A model generated the notes under the pieces. It was not told where the DNA came from. It was given only the letters and a program-made list of their open reading frames with translations, and made no database searches. DNA of 64,000 nucleotides. Origin: Isurus oxyrinchus (taxonomy: Eukaryota). Of this stretch, positions 26,213-35,700 are shown in pieces. Position 1 is the first letter of the stretch, and each line of letters begins with the position of its first letter. The stretch spans positions 2,418,001-2,482,000 of the forward strand of contig JANJGN010000031.1 of assembly GCA_026770705.1 (NCBI GenBank), in the 5' to 3' direction. Made by a program: the position numbers and the translations under genes.

Positions 26213-26911
26213 TGTAAGAAATTAAGGCTCCTAATAAACTGGTATTTTCTGCATAGTATAGAACTCACGAGATTAGCTCAAAGGCATTGATTCTCTATTT
26301 GGAAAAGCAATTTCTTAACAAGCAAGAATTCGAACAGTCTCTGGAAACATCAGGATCACTTGGTTCAGGCTCCCATGTTGACACTCCTAAGTTGGTAGGA
26401 TGGTATCTTGTGTACCCCCCTTCTCTAGGCAAGTGTTTAGAAAGGGCCAGGAAATGACCCTCAGCATGACATAAACTAAAAAGCTGACCTTGAGCAGGGT
26501 GACACTAGGTAAGCTACCAGCTCCCAGAAAAAGGGTATATTAACAAGTCCTTGGGTCCCTGTGAGGTGGCAGTGCTCGTCAAGCAGCTGCTTATTCAGAT
26601 GGAAGAGGAAGAGGAAGAGGAAGAGGAGGAGGAGGACGAGGAAGGCCGAGGGAAGAGTTCCCTAACACTGTGACTAGAGACTAACATTCTGCTATCACAA
26701 GCTACTGAGGTCAACACACTCTGTGTCAATGCCCGTTAATCCACCAAGATCAGTAAACCACTCAACTGTCGTGGGCCATATACTTTTTCTGTCTAATTAA
26801 TTAATGTATCATATCTAAACTGTTGCTTCTTAATAATCTATCTTAACATAACTTACTAATAGTCGACTGCCTATCTTGGGTATCTGTGACCCTGGAATCA
26901 AAGATCTTACA
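26213..26911. mobile_element. Solo LTR (699 bp)
   Basis: Perfect 7-bp terminal inverted repeats TGTAAGA...TCTTACA; 4-bp TSD AGGC/AGGT; splits the CR1 coding sequence; internal GAG/GAA repeat. Confidence 0.85.
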
Positions 26912-27239
26912 AGGTGGTACAGCAAAGGTTCACTAGATTGGTTCCTGCGACATGAAGCTGAGTAAATTGGGTCCATATTCCAGGGAGTTTAGAAGAAGAG
27001 ATGATCTAGTTGAAACACACAAGATTCTGCAGACCACTTGACAGGGTAGATACCGAGAGATTATTTCCCTTGGCTGGAGAATCTAGAACACAAGGGCTCA
27101 GTGTCAGGATAAGGGGCCAATCATTTAGGATGGAGATGAGGAGAAATTACTTCACTCAAAGGGTTGTGAATATGTTATTGTCACAAGTTTACATATTTTT
27201 AACCTGATTACTTAGCCTATGTATGAATTTTTTGTATGA

Positions 27240-27910
27240 ATGTTGGTCTTTATTGCAAGGAGATTAGAGTACCATAATAAAGAAGTCTTGCTACAGTTGT
27301 ACAGGGTTGTGGTGAAACTGCAGCTGGAGTATTGTGTACAGTTTTGGTCTCAACATTTAAGAAAGGCTATACTTGCAGTGGAGATGGTGCAGCAAAGCTT
27401 CACTAAATTGCTCCCAGGCATGACGGGGGTTGTTCTATGATGAGAAGCTGAGTAAACTGAGTTTATATTCTCTTGAGTTTATAAGAATGAGAGGTGATCT
27501 CATTGAAACCTACAAAATTCTGAAGGGGTTCAATAGGGTGGACGCTGAGAGATTGTTTCCTCTGATCAGGGAATCTAAAGCATGGGGTGGTGGGGGGGGG
27601 GGGGGGGGGGGGGGGGTGGGGCACAGTCTCAGGATAAGGGGCCAATCATTTAGGACTGAGATGAGGAGAAATTACTTCACTCAAAGGATTGTGAATCTTT
27701 GGAATTCCCTACCCCAGAGGGCTGTGGATGCTCCATCATCGAATGCATTTAAGGCTGGGATGGACAGATTCCCAATCCCTTGGAATCGAGGGATATGGGG
27801 AGTGGGTGGGGAAGTAGTATTGAGGCTGAAGATCAGCCATGATGGTATTAAAGAGTGGAGCAGGCTTGATGGACCATATAATCTACTCCTGCTTCTATTT
27901 GTTATGTTCT
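27240..27910 (+). mobile_element. CR1 LINE 3' end with expanded G-run
   Basis: [26 protein letters not shown]; TTATGTTCT tail. Confidence 0.85.
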
Positions 27911-28359
27911 TGTAAAGGCTTGGCCAACAATTGTGGAGTATTGAAACTTGGGGATATACAAGAGGCTGGAATTGGAAGAGCGCAGAGGTCTCAGATCATA
28001 AGGAGTTCTCAGAGTTAGGGAGGGGTGAGGCCAAGGAGAGATTTGAACACAGAAATAGATTTTTAAAATTGAGGCTTTGCTGAACTGGAAGACAATGAAA
28101 GTCAATAAGCACAGGGTGAAATGGATGAACAGCACTTGGTGTTATTTAGGAATTGGTGTGAATAAGCAAGATCACAGTAGGAGTTACCATCCTATGGATC
28201 ACACCTCAAACTGATGTCTGTCTGTTAGATGCTTCACTTTGATATTAACTATTCCATCTCACTTTTTCAGGAGCAGAGAGTTGACTCTCATATCTTGGCC
28301 ACCCTCAACCAAAGCTTTGTCTATCCAGTCATCTGATTGGTGTCCGCAGAATAGATACT

Positions 28360-28860
28360 GCATCTGCCTACATAACATAATATTACATAGCATTTTTAGT
28401 CCAGAAACACACCATTTGGTTTAACAGGTCCATGTCAGTGTTTATGTTCCACCTGAGTCTTCTCTCACCCCTCTTTGTCTCACTCAATGAACATATCTTT
28501 CTATTCCTTTCTCCCTCATGTTTGTCTAATCACTTCTTAAATGTATTGAATCTTCACTTCAAACCAGTTCTTGTGGTTGTTAATTCCACGTTCTCACCAC
28601 TTTCTCAGTAAAGAGGTGTCTCCTGAATTTCTGATTAGATTTATTAGTGACTGTCTTATATTTATAGCCTCTAGTTTTGGTCTCTCCAACCCCCCAGCCC
28701 CACAGTTGGAGACATCTTCTCTGTCTACCCTATCAAACCCTTTAATAATCTTAAAGGCCAACATTAGGTCACCCCTCAGTCTTCCCTTCTCCAAAGAGTT
28801 CCAGCCTCTTTAACCTAGCCTGACGGCTATATGCTCTCAGTTCCAGTACCATCTAGCAAT
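28360..28860 (-). mobile_element. CR1 LINE 3' fragment
   Basis: RLRGDLMLAFKIIKGFDRVD on the minus strand. Confidence 0.75.
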
Positions 28861-28865
28861 TTTTT

Positions 28866-29130
28866 GGGGTGGCATAGTGGTAGCATCATTGGCCCAGTGG
28901 TCTGGGTTAATGCTGTGGAGACATGGGTCCAAATCCCACCGCGTCTGGTGGAATTTAAAAATCAGTAAATAAAATCTGGAAGTGGAAGCTAGTCTCAGTA
29001 AAAACCCACCAGAAATACTCGTGCCCCTTTAGGATAGGAAATCTGCCATCCTTACCTTGTTTGGCCTACATGTGACTCCATACCCACAGCAATGTGGTTG
29101 ACTGAAATCTCTTAGCAAGCCACTCCGTTG
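28866..29130 (+). mobile_element. tRNA-derived SINE just upstream of the CAPNS1 promoter
   Basis: A-box-like TGGCATAGTGG and B-box-like GGTCCAAATCCC; body shared with 44985-45342 and 46068-47340. Confidence 0.65.
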
Positions 29131-29239
29131 TATCACTGTTACAAAGAATGCTACAAAGCCTACAAGACACAAGTCAGGAGTGTGAGGGAATACTCTGCAT
29201 TTGCCTGGAGGAGTGCATGTTCAATCCACAGAGAGGGTG

Positions 29240-29380
29240 CGTTAGGACCCAGTGGCGGATATGCCTGCGCAGTAAGGGAGTGGACACAAGCAGCAGAACC
29301 GGATTGACAGCTTTCCACGCACAAATCCGGTTGCAGAAGCGGAGACACTGCGCCATTTATCTCCAGCTGGACCCTTATCG
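29240..29380 (+). promoter_or_regulatory. CAPNS1: CAPNS1 CpG-rich TATA-less promoter and non-coding exon 1 (TSS not determinable)
   Basis: Local CpG enrichment; NRF1-like TGCCTGCGCA (29262-29271); YY1-like CGCCATTT (29351-29358); donor CG|GTAAGG at 29380/29381, upstream of the exon 2 acceptor. Confidence 0.6.
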
Positions 29381-29461
29381 GTAAGGAGGAAATCCTTTGG
29401 TGACTTTTTCTTCTGTGCAATATTCTGAACATTGGGGGGAATTGTTTTTAGAATCCTCTGA

Positions 29462-29587
29462 AACATTGTATCGAGTTAACCCTGACACTGACGCGTTCGT
29501 AACATTGTATCGAGTTAACTCGGCCTGAAACCTGAAACTGACGCGATCGTAACATTGTATCGAGTTAAACTCGGCCTGAAACTGACG
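29462..29587 (+). repeat. Three imperfect tandem copies of a 37-50 bp unit in intron 1
   Basis: AACATTGTATCGAGTTAA..CTGA.ACTGACG starts at 29462, 29501 and 29551. Confidence 0.9.
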
Positions 29588-29675
29588 AGGAGCTGGTCTC
29601 TGATCAGCAATTGATCCAACCTTTTTCTCTCCCGCAGCTCTTTCCTTCTATTTGTTTGAATCTCCACATTTCACC

Positions 29676-29764
29676 ATGTTTAACATGAAGAACATCTTGG
29701 GTGGAGGCGGCGGGGGCGGCGGCTTGGCTGGCCTACTACTGCAGGGACTGTCCGGCGTTATCAG
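29676..29764 (+). CDS. CAPNS1: CAPNS1 exon 2, coding part (exon starts 29638)
   Basis: Acceptor CCCGCAG; CACCATG start context; MFNMKNIL-G8[13 protein letters not shown]; donor AG|GTAAAT, phase 2. Confidence 0.93.
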
Positions 29765-32700
29765 GTAAATTACTTTATTAAACGCCTCGCTTAGTTAGGT
29801 TTGGGATTAAAAAAAAACGAAAGCGCCTCTCCCGAGCTGTTTCACTTCTCCCCTCCATTTTCTGAAGATTATTTTGTAAAATAAGTTCAACAGAATAAAG
29901 TCTGTACTTAATGTCTCGATAAGATTCATTCACTTGGTGTTAATTTGTCCGCATCCCGTTCCAACTCATTTGTATCCATTAGACTTCGAGTTTCACTCGC
30001 TCCGTGTGTGCTCAATGGGCGCGGTTCGCCAACTCTCAAACTATGGCTCCATCACCCAATAGTGTGAAAGGGTTGCTGAAGAAGTTGTTAAAATATTCAG
30101 ATCCGTCAGTGGATCAACCCCAAGGACATTTTTATCACCGGCCCTGCAGGTTCCATCCTGGGATCACGGGGTTTAAACTAAGATAGTTTTCATTTGGCAG
30201 ATTGTGGTACTGAGTGTATCTGAGCACTTGGTCCCTCCCAGTTTAGAGTGCGGTCACCAAGTATGCCAGACCTGCTGAGTTTTTCCAGGTTATTCTGTTT
30301 TGTTTTACCAAGTATACCCACTCTGTTTGGGTCGATCATTCTAAAGATGATAACAGCTAGTTGTGTGAGGTATAAGCCACCTCATAGCATTTCCCTGTGT
30401 AGGTTGTGCTCACTCACAAATGAAAACCTTACAAATTAAACTTTTAACCTGATGGGGAGATTAAAAAATATTGTTGAACTTCAAACTGCTGCGAAGGCCC
30501 AATTGCCTTGAATTACACTGGGGCCATGTGCCAATGGTGGGTGCCCGGTTAAGACTCTCACCATTAACTATCATCTGAGCTGAGTGGAGTGCCCGAGGTG
30601 GTGGCTGCGGCTAAGGGCTGTGCAAGATTTCAAAGCAGTCAGTGACCAAAGTCACCAAGAAGCGGAGAAAATCTGGCAAGCAGAGCATGTACAGAGGGCT
30701 AACCCAAGTCCACCCTTCCACCAGGATCTTGTACAAGGTTATGATTGTTATAAATTCCTTCATTGTCGACATTTTTGAGCGCATCAACTCTGAGGCCTCG
30801 CACCTGATTCACTACAAGTGTCATGCCATCGCGGCCAGGGAGATCCAGAGCGCCGTCTGCCTCATGCTGCCAGGGAAACTGACCAAACACGCCGTCTCCA
30901 AAGGCACAAAAGCGGTCACCAGATACACCAACTCCGTTTAGGTTGATCCAGTGTAAAGATTATTTCCCATCATTAGTCCAATCAGTTGATCCACTGAATT
31001 GAGGACTTTAGCAAACAGCAGGTGTCAGCTTCTTGTTACATTTTACAAATGGTTCATTTCTGATTAACCCCTTGCTGCACACAAATCAAAATACATTGTA
31101 TTAGTAGGATGGGCTTAGAAGGTCAGTTTGGCCAAGTTTGTTTGGTTACAAAGGTAAGAAACTGGAGCTGTAGTTTGTCAGTGAAATGTGTTTTATGGAA
31201 CCTTCATGTTGTCATTATGGCTTGGGACAGCTGGGGTAGCAGCAGTGTGGGAGTTGCCTCCCGTTTGGTAATATTCTATTCCTGATAATTATGAATGGAG
31301 ACCATTAGACAGGATTCACCAGATCATTTGATGTTGTGAACTGTTCACTGAATGTGTTGAATGTAGATTTATATCCACAGACTCCTTAAAAAGAGAGGCC
31401 TGCATTTATATAGCATCTTTTACAACTTTAGGTCATCCCAAAGCATTTTACAGATTTATTTAAAATCTGGGAAATGCAACAACCAATTTGTACGCAGTGA
31501 GGTCTGCCAGTTAAGGTAAAATGGAGTGAAGGGGGTCATGTGACCTCTGCCTGACATGAGGTCTGGGTGGCTTGGTCACTATAAGGAGGTTGATTTATTG
31601 GGAAGAAAACACAAGATGTTCACTCTTGTAGACAATAGCAGGAGCAGTTGTGCTGACTGTGGGTAGACTGGTAGTTTCCTAGTCTTGCAGGGAGCTGTTA
31701 GGAATGTCACATTTAAACTTTAAGCTGTCTGTTTAATTCCAAGATAGAATGGAGGTGGGGGAATCTAGAATATAGCTAATTAGCATTTCTACCTGGATAC
31801 AAGCCCCATGTGATTCATGTTGCCATGGAGATAGGTTTTGGGAAGGGAAAAGTCAATAAGGAAGCCAGGTTTTGGGAAGGGAAAAGTCAATAAGGAAGCC
31901 AGGTTTTGGGAAAGGAAAAGCCAATAAGGAAGCCAGGTTTTGGGAAGGGAAAAGCCAATAAGGAAGCCAGGTTTTGGGAAGGGAAAAGCCAATAAGGAAG
32001 CCAGGTTTTGGGAAGGGAAAAGCCAATAAGGAAGCCAGGTTTTGGGAAGGGAAAAGCCAATAAGGAAGCTAGGTTTTGGGAAGGGAAAAGCCAATAAGGA
32101 AGCCAGGTTTTGGGAAGGGAAAAGCCAATAAGGAAGCCAGGTTTTGGGAAGGGAAAAGCCAATAAGGAAGCCAGGTTTTGGGAAGGGAAAAGCCAATAAG
32201 GAAGCCAGGTTTTGGGAAGGGAAAAGCCAATAAGGAAGCCAGGTTTTGGGAAGGGAAAAGCCAATAAGGAAGCCAGGTTTTGGGAAGGGAAAAGCCAATA
32301 AGGAAGCCAGGTTTTGGGAAGGGAAAAGCCAATAAGGAAGCCAGGTTTTGGGAAGGGAAAAGCCAATAAGGAAGCCAGGTTTTGGGAAGGGAAAAGCCAA
32401 TAAGGAAGCCAGGTTTTGGGAAGGGAAAAGCCAATAAGGAAGCCATTGTAATATTGGGTGATAGAGTTTCTAAGATATCCCTGAAACTCAGACACAGGTC
32501 CATCCATCTGCAGCAATCTGAGAAAAGGAGGCAGAGGCAGCCGTCCTGTACCTGAAGCAGAGAAAATTCACCATTCGAATGTGGGTGAGAGCTCATGCTC
32601 AGATTCAAGAGACCAAGTTCCTGACAATTTAAAGGAGGCTGGGAGATTTGCCTAGCTTAGGCTAGAGAGAAGCAATCTTCAGTGTAACCCTTGTATTAAA

Positions 32701-35700
32701 AGTCAGTTTGTGATTAGAAGTCACCCAGCTGGGAAAAGAAAGGAAGCAGGTTGTTTGGAGTTGGGAGTTGCTTGGGACTGGTTCCTGGAGAATGAAATAG
32801 ACTTAAGGGATAGTGTAAAGTACAACCATATCAGGAGAGTTTTGGTCATATTTAAAGCTAAATGGGGAATTTCTTTTATGTAGTTCAGTGTATAAATTGC
32901 CTACTGAATATTGTTTGGATGATATTGCTTTTAGTTTTTTGTTACAATAAAATTTGGGCAATTTCAATACTCCCCAAAGATTGGATACAGAGCTTACACT
33001 AGAGGAGGAATGTGGAATAAAAGCAAAATACTGCCGATGCTGGAAATCTGAAATAAAAACAGAAAATGCTGGAAAAACTTAGGTCTGGCAGAATCTGTGG
33101 AGAGAGAGAAAGAGTTAATGTTTCGAGTCTTTATGACTCCTCTTCAGAGCTAAAGAGCTTTAGCTCCTGTAGAAGAGTCCATACGAAGGAATGCTGGAGG
33201 CTGCTACCTGATGGAATAATACATTGTGGGGTGAAATCCAGTGAAGGAGAAAATAGCATTCCCTGTGGCTCAGTGGCTAGTTCTCCCAGGACTAATTCCT
33301 AATCTTATACTGTTAGCTAGTCTTTGCTTGGGTGACAGTAGGATTGGTTTCAGGTCCCCAGAATAGAGGGGTGGAAATTTAGCCAAGGTTCCTGCTCACT
33401 GTCTCCTGACAGCTCCTGGCTATCTGCTTCCATTGGGAAGTAAACTTGTTCTGTTGGTGGAGGAGAGGCTCTGACAAAATCCAGCTGCTACATCTTGGGT
33501 TCCATGATTGGAAAATAGACACTTGAACAGAGGACTGGAGGATTGTGTTGGTGTGTACGGGTAGGCTCAATAATAGGAAGTGAGGAAATTGGCAGGAAAG
33601 TTGTTGTCTTGTGCATCTTCCTCCCTGGGAATACCTGAATCTCAGTTTTGAAAGTGTGTGCGTTTCAATAATTGTTTGAGTCCCTTAAAGCAGGTGTAGC
33701 TATTACCAGTTGAGTTTTTCCAGCTACTTTTGTTTTTGTGCCTATTACCAGGGTTGGTTCTCCTGCATTATATTGTCACTAGCTGCCTAGCCCTTCCCTC
33801 AGGTTAGTTACATCACACCTCATGGAGAACAAGTTCTGACAGCCTTGTCACTGGGAGTTTGGGGCAGCACTAGTCAAACTGTCGCCATTGTCTACAATAA
33901 GGCAAAGAATCCATTGTTTTAATAAACTAGAAATTTATACCTTGTGATGGACGTGCATCCTTTTAAGTGACCACTGCTTCATTTGTCTAATCAATTTAGC
34001 TTTGTGAGGGAACTGTGCAGGTTTGGAAAACGTTTGTAAACTTCAGGCAGTGCCCGGCTTTAAGTAACTGGAAGTTTTTTTTTCTGCCTGAACCTCGGAG
34101 GTGTAATAAATTATTGCCTAACGATCCAGCTCTGGATACTGCATGTTGCTGATACAAACTTCATTTTGAGGTTATGGAAGAATAAATAAGCATGCCTTTT
34201 GCAGTCTCCAGTGAGTCAGCCTATGGGTTACTGTCAAAGTGTAAGTCACTTGATAAGTGAACGTCACAGACAATACAAAGCAATATGGAACCTGTGTTAG
34301 TAATGCTGGCTGAGGGATGAATGTTGGCTAAGACACCACAGAGACTGCCCTGCTCTTCAAAATACTCTCATTTCCTCATTTCTGAGCAACTAAGGACAGG
34401 GCCCCAGTTTTGGTGTACCGCCCAGTGCAGCACTCCCACGGCGCTGCAGTGAAGTGTCAGTCTAGCTGTCGAGTGCGACTTCAACCCACAACCTCTACCA
34501 CAGAGCCACTGCCCTGTTAAAGGCTGTTGGAAGACCATAGTGATCACATCTTGAGGTGTTGGGCTTGGCTGCATTTGCAGAGTCTCGGTTTAAGGTCTAT
34601 TCCAGAGACCTGAACACAATTGAGGTTAAGATTCCACTGTGGAACTGAAGGAGTGACTGAACAACTTTCCCAAGACTTGTTTTTCTCATCTCCTTCATTT
34701 TGCACCCTGGAAATTTACTACTTCAGTTAGTTTCTGCAGAACTGGTTCAAGTAGGTGTAAAATTTTAGTTTTGACTGGTTGACCCTGAGGTAGAATCTCT
34801 GGAATGTGCACAATTGTTTGAAAGGAGAGTTTGTTAATTTGACCCCCAAGCCAGTTAAGTATGAAACTGGACACTAACACTTTTTTCTTGATAATAGGTT
34901 TATTACAGCATTACATGTCTGTATCTGACCACCTACACCTGTGTCCCAGCAGTCAATCTTTATACTCTTTTGGCTAAATCAGTAAATAAAACAAATTAAT
35001 TAATCAAATTAACCAATTACAGAATTAAATAAAAGTGATAGCCCCAGTATCTCTTCTCTTCATAAGTACTTAATTAAACAATGCCCTTCACCTATATATC
35101 TTAACATAAATAACAGGGTTGAATTTCAATCTTCTCTTTCACCCCTTTTATCCTTTTGCTTCCATTACAATCTCTCCCCTCTCCTCCCAATGATTACTTG
35201 TCCAGACCATCTCGAGCAATAAACACATTGGCCAGTACCTCTAAGACCATAAGACGTAGGAGCAGGATTAGGCCATACAGCCCATTGAGTCTGCTCTGCC
35301 ATTCAATGAGATCATGGCTGATCTGATAATTCTCAACTCCACATTCCTGTCTTTTCCCCATAACCTTCATTCCCTTACTGATTAAAAATCTGTCTATCTC
35401 AGCCTGAAATATACTTAATGACCTAGCCTCTACAGCTCTTTCTAAAGAATTCCACAGATTCACTTCCCTCTGAGAGAAGAAATTCCTCCTCATCTCTGCC
35501 TTAAATGGGTGACTCCTTACTTTGAGATTATGCCCTCTGGTCCTAGACTCTCCCACAAGGGGAAACAACCTCTCAGCATCTACCCTGTCAAGCCCCCTCA
35601 GAATCTTTTGTTTCAATAAGGTTGCCTCTCATTCTTCTAAACTCCAATGAGTACAGGCCCAACCTACTCAACCTCTCCTCATAAGAAAATCCCTCCATAT

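Larger units (their letters stand above)
23230..27170 (+). mobile_element. Old CR1 LINE (endonuclease to RT), interrupted by a SINE piece, an inverted CR1 segment and a solo LTR
   Basis: GGGVSL, IMGDFN, QHGFTKGK.CMTNLLEFFE, GSVLGPQLFTIYINDL and LVRPHLEC motifs occur in colinear order. Confidence 0.8.

Noticed and set aside
27584-27620. G-quadruplex or poly-Gly coding tract (also G/C runs at ~20591 and ~23100)
   Set aside because: Homopolymer expansions within or beside transposon remnants, prone to sequencing error, with no functional evidence.
28866-28950. tRNA gene
   Set aside because: The A/B-box-like motifs belong to a SINE head; no cloverleaf is evident.
29148-29466. Short ORFs on both strands at the promoter (possible divergent gene)
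   Set aside because: No recognisable homology or exon series; they overlap the promoter and non-coding exon 1.
29462-29587. Repeat-spacer array
   Set aside because: The intervening parts are homologous to each other, so this is simple tandem duplication.
30642-30941. Functional histone H2B gene
   Set aside because: No ATG, an N-terminal frameshift, deletions in the histone fold and no 3' stem-loop.
31833-32444. CRISPR-like array
   Set aside because: Units are contiguous with no unique spacers, there are no cas genes, and the context is a eukaryotic intron.
31789-32608. Three long minus-strand ORFs (179-209 aa)
   Set aside because: They are translations of the stop-free strand of the 34-bp minisatellite, giving a 34-aa period in all frames.
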